Below are positions 37,835 to 51,827 of a stretch of DNA of 64,000 nt, one piece after another; positions within the stretch are counted from its first letter, which is position 1; the number at the start of each line of letters is the position of its first letter. Source of the DNA: Chiloscyllium plagiosum (lineage: Eukaryota); NCBI RefSeq assembly GCF_004010195.1, contig NC_057752.1, positions 8,142,317 through 8,206,316 on the forward strand, in the 5' to 3' direction. The translations under genes and the position numbers were made by a program. The notes beneath the pieces were generated by a model. That model did not search any database. It was not told the origin of the DNA and saw only the letters and a list, made by a program, of their open reading frames with translations.

Positions 37835-39012
37835 GTAAAAAAAATGACTGCAGATGCTGGAAACCAGATTCTGGATTAGTGGTGCTGGAAGAGCACAGCA
37901 GTTCAGGCAGCATCCGAGGAGCAGGAAAATCGACGTTTCGGGCAAAAGCCCTTCATCAGGAATACAGGCAGAGTGCCTGAAGGGTGGAGAGATAAATGAG
38001 AGGAGGGTGGGGAGAAAGTAGCATAGAGTACAATAGGTGAGTGGGGGAGGGGATGAAGGTGATAGGTCAGGGAGGAGGGTGGAGTGGATAGGTGGAAAAG
38101 AAGATAGGCAGGTAGGACAAGTCATGGGGACAGTGCTGAGCTGGAAATTTGCAACTAGGGTGAGGTGGGGGAAGGGGAAATGAGGAAACTGTTGAAGTCC
38201 ACATTGATGCCCTGGGGTTGAAGTGTTCCGAGGCGGAAGATGAGGCGTTCTTCCTCCAGGCGTCTGGTGGTGAGGGAGCGGTGGTGGAGGAGGCCCAGCA
38301 CCTCCATATTCTCGGCAGAGTGGGAGGGGGAGTTGAAATGTTGGGCCACGGGGCGGTTTGGTTGATTGGTGCGGGTGTCTCGGAGATGTTCCCTAAAGCG
38401 CTCTGCGAGGAGGCGTCCAGTCTCCCCAATGTAGAGGAGACCGCATCGTGAGCAACGGATACAATAAATGATATTGGTGGATGTGCAGGTAAAACTTTGA
38501 TGGATGTGGAAGGCTCCTTTAGGGCCTTGGATGGAGGTGAGGGAGGAGGTGTGGGCGCAGGTTTTGCGATTTCTGCAGTGGCAGGGGAAGGTGCCAGGCC
38601 GGGAGGGTGGGTTGTAGGGGGGCGTGGACCTGACCAGGTAGTCACGGAGGAACGGTCTTTGCGGAAGGCGGAAAGGGGTGGGGAGGGAAACATATCCCTG
38701 GTGGTGGGGTCCGTTTGGAGGTGGCGGAAATGTCGGCGGATGATTTGGTTTATGCAAAGGTTGGTAGGGTGGAAAGTGAGCACTCGGGGTGTTTTGTCCT
38801 TGTTACGATTGGAGGGGTGCGGTCTGAGGGCAGAGGTGCGGGATGTGGACGAGATGCGTTGGAGGGCATCTTTAACCACGTGGGAAGGGAAATTGTGGTC
38901 TCTAAAGAAGGAGGCCATCTGGTGTGTTCTGTGGTGGAACTGGTCCTCCTGGGAGGAGATACGGCGGAGGTGGAGGAATTGGGAATACGGGATGGAATTT
39001 TTGCAGGAGGTA
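37835..39012 (-). mobile_element. Young Penelope-like element, 5' truncated (RT thumb, linker, GIY-YIG endonuclease, terminal repeat)
   Basis: KNSIPYSQFLHLRRIS, then after a frameshift CHCRNRKTC...NIIYCIRCSRCGLLYIGETGRLLAERFREH...RRLEEERLIFRLGTLQPQGIN. Confidence 0.95.
37928..37963 (-). ncRNA. Minimal hammerhead ribozyme motif (PLE family A), intact core
   Basis: Reverse complement reads attc CTGATGA a GGGC tttt GCCC GAAAC GTC gatt. Confidence 0.7.
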
Positions 39013-39454
39013 GGGTGGGGGCTGGTGTCAGAGATGGGATGGAGCATAGTGCCTGTATTGGGAAATCTGTCCCCACATGGTACTAGCTTTCCAAACAGAC
39101 TTTTTTTGCTTAAGTTTCCACTCAAATTTACTTGTACATCATCAAGATCGAAAACAGAGCCAATGCAATCAGTATTTTGGAAAGTTTGTTTTATGCATTA
39201 ACAATATTCCTTAATGAATAGCAACCTCACAGTTTTATTAATACCACTAAAAACTGAGTTCCCACAATTAAATATTTCCAATCATTGGTCGGCATGGACA
39301 GGTTGGACCAAAGGGTCTGTTTCCATGCTATACATCTCTATGACTCTATAGCATCAATGAGTAACCCAATTCTAAATCTTAAAATTACTTTAAAATATAC
39401 AGAATTATTTACTAATTTCACTGCTAAGAGTACAAAGATCAACAGATTTGAAGA

Positions 39455-40700
39455 GAGGACATAGAGTGGTAGTAGAGGGTCGTTTTTCAGACTGGAGGCC
39501 TTCCACTACTGCTTGTGATTTAAATAAATGATTTGCAGTAAACATAAGAAACATGGTTAGTAAATTTGCAGATGATACCAAAATTGGAGCTGCAGTGGAC
39601 AGGAAAGAAGGTTAGTTCAGAGTACAACAGGGCAATGATCAGATGGGCCAATGGGCTGAAGAGTGGCAGGTGAAGATAAATGGGAGGTGCTTCATTGTGC
39701 AAAGGCAAATCAGGGCTGGACTTACAATACTTAACGGTAAGATCCTGAGGAACATTGCTGAACAAAGAAACCTTGGACTACAGGTCCAAAGTTCCTTGAA
39801 AGTGGAGTCACAGGTAGACAGAATAGTGAAGGTGAGTCACAGGTAGACAGAATAGTGAAGGTGGTGTTTGGTATGCTTACCTTTATTAGTGCATTGAGTT
39901 TGAGAGTTAGGATGTCATGTTGCAGCTGTACAGAACATTAGTTAGGCTATTTTTTGGTGTACTGCATTCAATTCTGGTCTCCCTGCTATAGGAAGGATGT
40001 TTGAAACTTGAAAGGGTTCAGAAAAGATTTATAAGAATGTTGCCACGGTTGGAGGATTTAGAGTCATAGAGATGTACAGCATGGAAATAGACCCTTCGGT
40101 CCAACCCATCCATGCCGACCAGGTATCCCAACCCAATCTAGTCCCACCTGCCAGCACCTGGCCCATATCCCTCCAAACCCTTTCTATTCATATACACATC
40201 CAGATGCCTCTTAAATGTTGCAATCGTACCAGCCTCCACCACATCCTCTGGCAGCTCATTCCAGACACGTACCACCCTCTGTGTTGAGCTAGAGGAAGAG
40301 GCCAAATAGGCTGGGGCTATACTTTCCCTGGAGCAGAGACTGAAGGGTAAACTTACAGAAGTCTACAAAATCATGATGGCATAGATAGGGTGAATAGCCA
40401 AGGCTTTTTTTCCCCTAGGGTAGGGGAGTCCAAACCTAGAAGGCACAGGTTTAAGGTGTGGGGGAAAAAAAACTTAATGGGGACCTAAGGGGCAACTTTT
40501 TCATTCAGTGGGTGGTGCGCACCTGGAAGTGGTGGAAGCTAGTACAATTACAACATTTAAAAGGCATCTGGATGGGTATATACGAAGGGTTTAAAGGGAT
40601 ATACTAACAAAGAGGACAAGATTAATTTAGGATATCCGGACAGCATGGAAGAGTTGAGCAGTAAGGTCTATTTCCATGCTGTACCTCTCTCTGATTCTAA
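39455..40700 (+). mobile_element. CR1 LINE 3' part with an opposite-orientation CR1 3' fragment at about 40060-40283
   Basis: SKFADDTKIG, QMGQWAEEWQ and LERVQKRF. 29-bp tandem duplication at 39805-39862. Confidence 0.88.
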
Positions 40701-41504
40701 ACAGGCCCAATTAGCAGAAATTCACATCACTGATCAATTAAATCTGCACAGTATTCAGTTTACAGGGAATGTATTTAAATTGTACTTCACATCAGTTCCT
40801 ACTGTTATCACTGAGATATTAGCCAGCAGGGAGAAATTGTACCAGGATTGATAGAGTAAATTGAAAATAGAGTTCATTCAAAAGAATTAGTTAAACAGTA
40901 TGAGGGTATTATGCCACAATGGTATAGCTAGAAGGCTTGAGTTCAAATCCCACCTGACAGAGGTGTGTCATAACTTGTCTGAATAGATTGATAAATATTG
41001 ATTTAGAACTATTGCAATCAGAGAGAGAAATTAGGGCTCTGTGGACTATGGCGAGAACTAGAACACTAACCCTAGCGATCTTTTTTTCCCACAAGATAAA
41101 TTAGAGAAGGTCCTCCAACTAAAAGCACTGAACAAACTTTTTAAAAAACCAAGCCAAACCAACTAGAAACCCTAGTGATAGGTAGATAGAGGCCAGCAGA
41201 GCAAAAGAAAAAAAAACAGACGGGGTACAAGAGAAACAGAAATCACTTAGGAAAGGCGATTTTTAAAGATGTCTTGAGCAACACCGAAGGAGATCAACTT
41301 CTAAATATTGGTTATCGAAGTTAAGAAAAAGCTCTTTAGCTGACAACACTCAGGTACAAGGCCATCTCTGAAGATTCGGCTCCCACCAACCCTCAGAAAG
41401 GTTTATTGTTCAAAAAATATGAATGGTATTTTCGTAAAAATTCCATCTGAAATCAATTAGCGAACTCAAGTAAACAGCAATTTATTATTATACGAATTAG
41501 ATTA

Positions 41505-43380
41505 AATTTATCCAACAATGTGATTCGGCAGCCGCGGTCGCTCCAGATTACTGTTGAACCAAGTGCCTCGCAAACGCGTTCGCTGGATTTCAGGCTGTAA
41601 TGGCGCCTTTAGGCCTCGACTTCCTGTTACAAATTAAAATGACCCCCAGCTCACAAACAAACACGAATCTTCTAAGTACAGCGTATGCACATATAAATCT
41701 TGGAATGATTCCAATGACCCCGAAGCTTTTAACATGTGTCAAAACTCACAAACCACGGGTAGGTTTACCTATACAGCACAGCTCCGTTCTGCTCAGTTCC
41801 TTCCCTCACAGGCTTCAACACAAAGAGGCTCAACGCAGGTCCTCCCAGTCAAGGGTAACTTCACGACAAAGAGCATTAAACTAGGTCCTCCCAGTCAAGA
41901 GGGACTCCAAGCTAAAACAAGGCGTATCATAGGCGCCTTTGACAACAAAATTTGAAAAACTCATTCCATGCCTCGTCGAATACTAAATACCATTTATTAA
42001 ATGGAAATCGCTCATTTTTATTTAAGATGTGCCATTTTCACAAACGTCATTTTAGAAAACATAACACACTCTACATAGAAGTTTTGTAAACTACTCTGAT
42101 ATAGGAACAAGGGATTGGACTGTATCTACATAGAATTCTGGTGTTTCCAATGAAAATTTAGGAATCAAATGCTTACACTATATTAAACATGAAAAAAAGG
42201 GAAACACCGGATTTTATTTTATGAACATAATTTTTGGCAGTCTGATTTGAGAGGTGATCGTACGAAATCTAGCAATCTATATCACTCTTGCAACGATCAT
42301 TCTTAACAATATTGCGGCGTCTTCTATCACGACGTTTATTTCTTCTAAAAAAAATCAGTATTCGATTAACCATTGTTAATTCAGATCACACAAACTTTCT
42401 GGCCAAAGTCGGGCAACTTACTCTAAGGCCTTCCAGAGCTGGTATATAATCGAAGATAGTTCACTACCCGCCTTGCTTACGAATGAGAGGAACTCGGCCT
42501 TCAAGGAGTAGTGAAACGAACCACACATTGCCTATGGAAAAGTAAACACCTTCCTCTCAACAACACACAACAGCAAACTAGTCCTTCAACTCCACTTAAA
42601 TGCACTGGGTCCCTTAGAAGCCACAAAATGTGGCCTTCATTATAGACACCAATCCTTCAACAATATTAAACCATAGACTATTATTTACATTATTATTTCA
42701 CTTCATCCAATAAAAATGAAAACAAGTGAAATTTCGATGTTTCCCTTTAAATTCACAAAATTACTGTGCAATCATTTGAAGTTAACTTCTCTTTCAAGCC
42801 ATTTACAAAACTAGGAAAGGAAAGAAAAGACCCACCTATTATCAATCTTATCCTTTTAAGGGTATAGGATCTTTTCCAATCATGGCACCGTTAACTCTTG
42901 TGAAATGCACAAAGTGAAGATCATTTGTGGCCAATTTCAGGAAAATCTCTACTTTGTTTCTTCCTTATAGATAGGATAGTGAAGAAGGCATGTCGGAGGC
43001 GAGGAGTGACCTTATAGAATTTATGAAGGGCATGGATAGGGTAAATAGACAGAGTCTTTTCCCTGGGGTCGGGGAGTCCAAGAACTAGAGGGAATAGGTT
43101 TAGGGTGAGAGGGGAAAGATATAAAAGAGACCTACGAGGTAACGTTTTCTCGCAGAGGGTGGTACACGTATGGAATGAGCTGCCACGTATGGAAGTGGTA
43201 GAGGCTGGTACAATTGCAACATTTAAGAGGCATTTGGATGGGTATATGAATAGGAAGTGTTTGGAGGTATATCGGCCGGGTGCTGGCAGGTGGGACTAGA
43301 TTGGGTTGGGATATCTGGTCGGCATGGATGGGTTGGACTGAGGGGTCTGTTTCCATGCTGTACATCTCCATGACTCTCTG
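41505..43380 (+). repeat. Near-identical copy of 8047-10158 with a 241-bp internal deletion
   Basis: Same sequence up to 42991, then a jump to the equivalent of 9775; ends at the CR1 3' tail. Confidence 0.95.
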
Positions 43381-43389
43381 ACTCTATTT

Positions 43390-44650
43390 ATTGCTGAATG
43401 ATTTACAAAGAACAACCAAGGTTAGGCTGATTGAATTAGCTGAAAAATTAGGGTTAGAGTTATAAGGGGGCTCAGAAAGATAACTGTGCAACATTTGAAG
43501 TTGGAAGAACAGCAACACAAATCACATGGTGAGTCAATTGAGTTAGTAGTATTTTACGTACAGATGAAGCCGTTTGAAATAAAGAAAGTAAAAGAAATGT
43601 TAAGAAAACTTGAACTGGTGGAAAAAGGAAAGGAAAGAGCATTTCAGGTAAAGAATATTTCAGGTAAGGGAAAAGGTGAAAGAAAGGAAATGCCAGCTTA
43701 AAAGTCCGAAACTAAACTAAAAGGCCTCTGACTCCATGGAACATGTTGACGAGGAAAGATTTGAATTTAATCCAAGATCTATTGGGGAGCTATTTAAATT
43801 TGTGCAAGCCCTCCCAAAATTTGATGGAGGAATCATTGTGGTATTTTTAATTTCTTTTGAAAAGATAGCTAAGCAGATGAGTTAGCTAAAATAAAACTGG
43901 ACATTGCTCACAGGCTCCTATAGATTATAAAGTGGAAAAAAAGACTATTCTCAGTATGAGTTGATCCCTGAGGCTTACAAACAGATATTTTTGAACATCC
44001 GGAACCATCCTGGAACTACTTTTTGAACTTGAGAGATAAACCAAAATAACTTTGATCATTGGATGCAGACAGTAAAGATAGAGACTACGTATATGAGACC
44101 TTAGGGATAATTATGAGCTGGTCCACAAATCCAAACATTACTTTCTGTCACCACTCACAAACCCAAGAAAGATAGAAAGTTGGAAGGTGAAAGAAAGTCA
44201 AATAGCCAAGAATAAGAACCGATACTGGGAAACTCTGCAGGCCAGACAGAGAAGTGCTGAGCTGAAAGTGATATCCAAAGGCCTCAGTATTTCCATTGTC
44301 ATAATCTGGGACACCTTCATGCATATTGCTGGAAGTTGTGAGGTAAATCCATATCAGGGTACACAAAGCCAGTGCAGTAAAATGAACCCTGACTGAGAGT
44401 GCAAAAGATCAGTTGTTACTCTGACCATGGCTGTGAGATGAAGTATAAACATTGCTGTGAGTACAGGGTAATTAAGCAAGGCACCTGAGAGTTACAAGGA
44501 ATTCTTGTGAAAATGAAAAGTAACTCCTTCTTCCTCAAATGAGGCAACTAAATCTGTAGTCATAGTAGAGATATGGGAGCCACTCAAGTCTTTCATTGGA
44601 GAAAGGTATGACTTTCCATCAGAGAATGACATGAATGTGAATGTTTTAGT
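43390..44650 (+). mobile_element. Older Gypsy element, gag/protease remnant
   Basis: ELFKFVQALPKFD...ISFEKIAKQM and YELIPEAYKQ parallel 52330-52580. Protease-like RDMGATQ at about 44567. Confidence 0.75.
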
Positions 44651-44659
44651 ATCTATTAG

Positions 44660-47600
44660 TAAATAGGAGGAAACAGCAGGGACAGCAACTTCTGAGATAA
44701 CATGAGAGAGTGCATTTTCATCAAGAGAAGAGCAGACCTATGTTAGAAGGACAGCAGCAACAGGAGATAAAAATTGGCAGCAGACAGTCCCTTCAACCTG
44801 TTTCAACCTATCAGAGCCAAAGTGTGACGTAACAGGAAAATGGGCAGGTGATTGGTGAGTATTTCTTACGTGTCTCTTTTGTTTAACCAAGTGGTTTAAA
44901 TCAAGACACATTATGACAGCAGCAGAGTACAGTAAAGAAATTCATTTTTAAGTTATTTAACATTCAAATTAATTAATTAAATAGGATAGAGATTGCTGAG
45001 CAGGTGAGGTGTTGAGGTTGTAGAATGTGGAAGATGGTGGATGCATGTGATCTATGATGAGCTCATTTGTAGCAGTTGTTGGCTGCATGAACAACTCAAA
45101 GTTGATGAGTTGGAGTCTGAACTGCAGACACTGTGCCACATCAGGGAGGGAGAGAATTACTTGGACACTATTTTGGGAGACAGTTCCATCCCCTACATTA
45201 ATTACATCAAATTTGATCTGTGGCCAAGGACAGGAAGATGTGGCTGTAAGAAAGACAGGTATAGGGAGCCAGAATGTAGCTTTGAAGGAGTCTCAACCTT
45301 GTCCATCAGGCACAAGTTCCTTTTTCCTGGTATGGATGAGGGCACAGACTGCAGGGAGGATGATCAAACTGACGACAGCACCAGAATGCCATTCAAGTGA
45401 GGGGAGAAAAAAGAAATGTAATAGTAATAGGCATAGCATAGTTAGGGAAATAGATACTGTTCTTTGCAGCAAAGACAGAGTCTCAAAGGCTGTGTTGTCT
45501 ACCTGGTGACAAGGTTCAGGACATCTCTTCTGGGATGGATAAGAACTTGGAGTGGAAAGGGTAGGAGTTGTGGTTCGCATAGGTACCAATGACATAGATA
45601 GTGCTAGGAAAGAGATTCTGAGGGATTACAAGCAACTCCAGGCTAAATTAAAAAGCAGAACCACAAAGGTAATACTCTTCAGATTGCTACCTGAGCCCCA
45701 TGCAAATTGGCATAGGGTAAATAAGACTAGAGAGGTAAATGTGTGGCTCAAAGATTGGAGAAATGAGGTCCAATTTATTGCACCACTACTGGGAGAAAGA
45801 GAGCCGTTCCATTGGGATGGGTTTCATTAGAACCATGCTGGGACCAATGTCCTGGCAAATTGTATAATTACAGTTGTAAATGTGCTTTTAAACTAATTAA
45901 TGTTGGGCAAGGATTCAACTGAAGGGAAATATGAAAACAATCAAAAAGAACTTAGAGAGCAGAGGTGAAGGGTAGCGAAGAGGCAAATGATAATCAAAGA
46001 GTGACAGGAAGAAGTAGAAAATATACTTAGAGTGCAGCAGAAATTAGAACCAGGACAAGTAACCATGATAAAAATTCAAAGCTTAAGGTTCTTTATTTGA
46101 ACGTATGCAGCATTTGCAACAAGATAGAAGTTGGCAGCACGGATAGAAATAAATGAATATTACTTGACAGCTATTACAGAGATGTAGTTGCAGTGTGACT
46201 AAGACAGGGGAACTCAATATTCAAGGGTATTTGCTGTTGTGGAAGAATAGAAATAAAAGGTAATAGGAAGTAGGTAAATTTGTTAGTTAAGAAACGTATC
46301 AATAAGGTGGGCAGTAGTGATATAGGTGCAATAGGTTGTGTTGTTAAATCAGTTTGGATAGAAATAAGGAATAGCAAGGTAAAGAAGTCACAGGTAGGAG
46401 TTGTATATAAATCCCTAAAGAGTTGCCTCACTGTGGGACAAAAGATAAATCAGGAAATAATGGAGGCACTTAAGAAGGCACAATTATCATCAGTGATTTT
46501 AATCTGAATATTGACTGGTCAAATCAGATGAGCAAGGGTCACATGGAAGATTAATTTGCAGAGTGCATCAAGGCATGTTTCTTCGAACAGAACGTTGCAG
46601 GACATATCTGGGAACAGGCTATTTAGATTTAGTAATGTGTAATGAGGTGTGATTAATAAAGAGTTCTTGTAGTTGAAGATCCTCTGAGGGGTTGGGATCA
46701 CAATATGGCAGAATGTTAAATATTGTTTGAGAGAGAATAATTAGCTTTAAGCATGTGTTCTCAACCTAAATAAGGGCAAACACAGAGGTATGAAGAAAGA
46801 GTTGTGTAAAGCGGACTGGGAAAATAGCCTAAGGAGAAGGTCAGTGGATGAGTGGTGGCAAACGTTTAAGCAGATATTTCATAATGCTCAGCAAATATTT
46901 ATTTCAGACAAAAAGAAGAACTTGACAATAAGGATGAACCACTCATGATTAATGAAAGAGGACAGGGAGAGCACTAATCATAAACTAAGGCATACAAAAT
47001 GGCAAGAATTAATGGTAGGCCAGAGGATTAGGGATTATTTAGGAACCAATTGCAGATAAAGTGGAAGAAAATTGATTATAGAAGTAATATGGCAAGAAAT
47101 ATAAAAAAAACAAAAAGCAAGAGCTTCTGCAGATACATAAAAAGAAAGAGTAGCTAAAGTAACTGTAGGACCCTTGGAGGGCACACTGCAGAATTCATAA
47201 CAGGGAACAGGGAAATGGCAGATAATTTAAACCTATATTTTGCATTGGTTTCACGATAGAGGTTCCTGGAAACATCCCAGAGATAACAGATAAGCAAGGT
47301 GCTGATGGGAGAAAAAATTTGAAAGTCTCTATCACGAGGGGCAAAATATTTGACAAACAAATAGGACTAAAGGCAGACAAGACACCAAAACTTGACCTAC
47401 ATCCAAGGAATTTAACAGAAGTGGCTGCAGAGATAGTGCAGGCATTGATTGAAATATTCCAAACTCAGTGGGTTCCAGCAGATTGGAAAATTGCTAATGT
47501 GGTGCTCTAATCATGAAGGGAGAGAGGTGGAAAACAGGAAACTCTTGACCAGTTGACTGAACATTTGTTGTTAGGAAAATGCTGGAGCCTATTATGAAAG

Positions 47601-48800
47601 AAGAAATAGCGGGACATTTGGAAAAGCTTAACAGAATCAAACAGAGTCAACGTGATATTTTTGAAAGAGAAATCATGTTTGGCAAAGTTGCGAGAGTTCT
47701 TTGAGGATATAACAAGCAGAGTTGATAAAGGGGAAGATGTAATGTATTTGGATTTTAAGAAGTCATTCCATAAGGTGCCATTTAAAAGGTTATTGCATAA
47801 GAAAGGAGCTCATGGTATTTCAGGTAGTATTTTAGCATGGATTGAGGATTGGCTAACACACAGGAGACAGAGAATCAAAAATAATAGGTCTAGGAAAGAG
47901 GCCCTAGGAAAGACATAACTAGTTGAGTACCACAAAGATCAGTCCTAGGACATCAATTATTTACAATCTATATTAATGACCTAGAGGAAGGGGCAGAGTG
48001 TAATGTATCCAGATTCGCTGATGACACAAAATTTAGTAGGAGGGCATGTTGTGATGAGGACATAAGGATTCTGCAAGGGAATATAGACAGATTGAGTAAC
48101 TGAACAAAAACACGGCAGATGCAGAGTTTGATGTAGGAAAGTGTGAGGTCATGCTGTTTGGTAGGAAAAATCAAAAAGGCAGATTGCTAACTTAAATGGA
48201 GAAAGTCTCTTAAAAAGTGTAGCTGAGCGATTTGGGTGTTCTTATGAATGAAACACAAAACATTAGCATACAGGAACAGCAAGTAATTAAGAAGGTAACT
48301 GAAAATTTGGTCCTTAATAGTAGGGGATTAGAGTTTAAAAACATGGTGTTGGTGAGGCTGCACCTGGAGTACTGAGTTTGGAGCCCGCACGTAAAAAAAG
48401 GATATACTGGCATTGGAGGTTGTGTAAAATAATTCACCAGCTTGATTCCTGGGATGGAAAGGGTTGACTTATCAAGCTCAGCTAAACAAGTTCGGCCTTT
48501 ATTCGTTAGAGTTTAGAAGAATGAGGGGTGACCTTAATGAAACATGCAAGATTCTGAGGGAGCTTGACAGGGTAGATGTTGAGAAGACATGTCCACTAGT
48601 GGCGGGATCTCAAACTGGGGGGTATAGTTACAGATTAAGGAAACACTCATTTAAAACTGAGATGCAAAGGACTTTCTTCTCCCAGAGAGTGAATGTCTGC
48701 AATTCTCCACCTCAGGAAATTGTAGAGGTTAGATCACTAAAGGTATTTAAAGAGGAGGTAAATACATTTCTGAAATATCAGGGAATGCACAGTCTGAAAG
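44660..48800 (+). mobile_element. Near full-length decayed CR1 LINE (ORF1 esterase; ORF2 endonuclease and RT)
   Basis: ORF1 has VVVRIGTNDI...HWDGFH (SGNH-like). ORF2 has LYLNVCSICNK, YLDFKKSFHKVP, IYINDL, RFADDTK and FFSQRV. Confidence 0.92.
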
Positions 48801-49189
48801 TGTGGTGAAGGCAGGTTCACTTGAAGCATTCAAGATGGAATTGGGTGATTAATTGAATTGAAAGAATTGCAGGGATACAGGGAAAATTCAGGAGTTTGGC
48901 ACTTACTTAAAATGCTTGGAAAGTCAGTGTAGATATAACAGGCTGAATGGACTCCTTCTGTGTCATAACAATTTTATGAGCTGACAGCCATGCTGAGCTG
49001 GCATGAAAGAGGGATTGAGGTCTGGGACAGCACAGGCATGGTCTTATTGAGTGGCAGGGCAAGCCTGAGGGGCTGAATGGTTTTCTCCTGCTCTTGTTTA
49101 TTATGTTCTTGTGTTCTAAGCCAGTGCAGGTGTGTCAGTAGTAAGGACAGTGGAGGAACCAACTACTTTCGTCTTACCTTACAATGAAT

Positions 49190-50665
49190 TGTTAGGGATA
49201 AAAAGGCCATGTTTTCATATTAGAAGCAGAAGAACAAAAAGAATACTCAAGATAACTCATCCAGTTTAAAGAAGTCTTTCGGGATAAATCCATATGCACA
49301 ATGTTAACCACAGAATGCAGATGTACGTGAATCCTCCCCTATAAATAGCGTTCTTATCACTTAGGTCCAGAGAAACAAGCCCAGCTGAAAGTAGAAATCC
49401 AATACATTTTAAAAACCAAATAAGGAGCCCTCTTGTGGTGCAGCGGGTATGTCCTTACCCCTGTACTGGGCGGACATATTTCAAGTCTCACCTGCACCAG
49501 GGGTGTGCAATAACATCTCTGAATAGGTTGATGATAAAAATAGGTTAAATAAAAAAAATAATCAAAGCAGCTATAGATCCCCAGCAATGTTAAAGTTTTA
49601 AAGTTGATGGTTCACCCAGATGCTGTATCAACTTCAGAAAGGTCGTGGTAGTAACAAAGGCAGACACCTAACCAATTCCTTGTTTACAAATCTGTATTGA
49701 TAGGATTGGAAATGCCAGATATTTTGCCAAAATATATTATTAAAAAGATATTGGCAGATTCATTTTCCACCGAGAGCTAAAGAGATATTGGCCTTTGTCA
49801 TGCCAGACAGTCTTTTCCAATGTCAAGTGATGCCATTTAGGGAAACATAGAAGCATTGAAAGTAGGAACAGAAATAAGCCATTCTGACCTTTGATTCTGC
49901 TCCAATAATCAATACGATCATAACTGATCATCCAACCCAATACCCTGTTTCGACTTTTGCCTCATACCCTTTGATCACTTTAGTCCTAAGAACTATATCT
50001 CACTCCTTCAGGCTAAAACATTGCTTCAGCAACTTTTCAATCATTGGTTACCTTGATGATGTACTGGCATAGAGTGACACTTAGGACAACCACTTGGAAC
50101 AACTGGAAGATTTGTTTAGGAACTTACAATTGGCTGAATTAGTGATAAAGCTTGCCAAAAATGAATTTTCAAAGGCATAAGGAACTTACCTAGGGCATGT
50201 AGTAGTGCAAGGACAAGTGCTACCAAGAACAGCAAAAGTACAACTATTAATGGAGATTTCCACCCCTAAAACCAAATGAAAAATAATGAGATTTTTGGGG
50301 ATATGTGGTTTTTGTTGCAAACTTGACCCAAATTTCAGCACAAGAGCTCCTCTGCTGACAGATTTGCTCAAAATGTAAGCCAAGGTAATGTGCCAAGGGG
50401 AGTACTACACATCTTCTGAAAAGTTTAAATCATTTTGATAAATGAACAAGTGTGAGCTACACCAAACTTAACTAAGCTCTTCAAGGTAACAACTGATGCT
50501 AGGGATTTGAGAGTGGCTGCTGTTACAAGTTGATGAGTCAGCTGCAGATAAGCCAGTAGGAATTTCTGTAAAAAGTTAAACTGACACCAAAGGAGATCCT
50601 CTATGATGGAGAAAGAAATCCTGGGATTGCTACCAGCTGTTATATATTTTGAAGTATATGTCTAG
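49190..50665 (+). mobile_element. Older Gypsy element, RT/RNase H remnant, with nested SINE and CR1 3' piece
   Basis: CINFRKV, YLDDVL (50049), FLGICGF and TDARD (about 50492). Probably the continuation of 43390-44650. Confidence 0.75.
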
Positions 50666-50699
50666 CAGAGCTCGAGATATGTTGGTATCTGCTGGTCAT

Positions 50700-51360
50700 G
50701 ATAGAAATAAAAGGATAAGGTATCTCCTGAATGTGTGGCTGGAAAGATGGTGCTGAAGAAAGGCTTTAGATTCTTGGGATAGGCTCTGGCAAGATGTAAC
50801 CTGTACAAGTCAGGCACAGTCCAGGTATATATCCTCAAAAGGGCAAACAAATCAAGAGCTTCCTGCATGAAAGATGAGATAGAAATTAAAATAAAGAAGA
50901 AAAACTGTGCTTATGACAAGTATTAGGTCGAAAATACAATTGAGAACCAAGAAAATTACAGAAGGATCAAAGGGGAAGTGCAAAAGCCTATTAGAGAAGC
51001 AAAGATGGATTATGAGAAAAGACTGGATGCTAACATAAAGGAGAATCCCAATGTTTTCTCCAGGCACATTAATAATGAAAGGGTGCTAAAAGAAACCAAA
51101 AAGGGGATTTACACATGAAGGCCAGAGGAATGGCTGAAGTGTCAAGTTAATAGTTTGCATTGGGGTTGCTGCTATTCAGGTCATAGTGACAGAAGAGGAA
51201 GCTCTGTCACTGGAAGAGTTCAAAATTGATAAGGAGGAAGTGTTGGATAAGCTATTGACACTTAACATTGACAAGGAACTGGGACCAGATGAGATGCATC
51301 AAAGATATATTGAAGGAAATGAGAATGGAAATTGCAGGGGTACTGGCCATAATCATTCAG
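50700..51360 (+). mobile_element. CR1 fragments
   Basis: ORF1 tail ggctttagattcttggga and ORF2 linker LGPDEMH. Confidence 0.65.
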
Positions 51361-51367
51361 TTAGTGA

Positions 51368-51790
51368 TTTTTGAGAAGATTTGTAGCTCAGGTTGAGGTT
51401 CTGGATCTAAGTTTGCTCACTGAGCTGGAAGGTTCGTTTTCAGACGTTTCATCACCATACTAGGTAACATCATCAGTGAGCCTCTGGTGAAGCACTGGTG
51501 TTATGACCCACTTTCTATTTCTGTGTTTAGGTTTTCTTGGGTTGGTGATGTCATTTCCTGTGGTGATGTCATCTCCGGTTCTTTTTCTCAGTGGGTGGTA
51601 CATGTGGTCCAAGTTGATGTGTTTGTTGATAGAGTTCCAGTTGGAATACCATGCTTCTAGAAATTCTCATGCATGTCTCTGTTTGGCTTGCTCTAGGATG
51701 GATGTGTTGTCCCAGTCAAAATGGTGTCCTTCCTCATCTGTATGTAAGAATACTAGTGATAGCGGGTCATGTCTTTTTGTGGCTAGTTGA
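51368..51790 (-). mobile_element. PLE family B 3' fragment
   Basis: HQLATKRHDPLSLVFLHTDEEGHHFDWDNTSILEQAKQRHA. Confidence 0.88.
51440..51479 (-). ncRNA. Minimal hammerhead ribozyme motif (PLE family B), intact core
   Basis: Reverse complement reads tca CTGATGA t GTTACC tagtat GGTGAT GAAAC GTC tga; stem I tca/tga, 6-bp stem II with two G-U pairs. Confidence 0.72.
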
Positions 51791-51791
51791 T

Positions 51792-51827
51792 GTTCCTGAA
51801 GAAGGGCCTGTGCCCGAAACGTCGAAT
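51792..51827 (+). ncRNA. Minimal hammerhead ribozyme motif heading a roughly 95-bp PLE family A unit (to about 51885)
   Basis: gttc CTGAAGA a GGGC ctgt GCCC GAAAC GTC gaat; stem I ttc/gaa. Confidence 0.72.

Noticed and set aside
38497..39201. 234-aa plus-strand ORF
   Set aside because: Antisense shadow of the GC-rich Penelope ORF.
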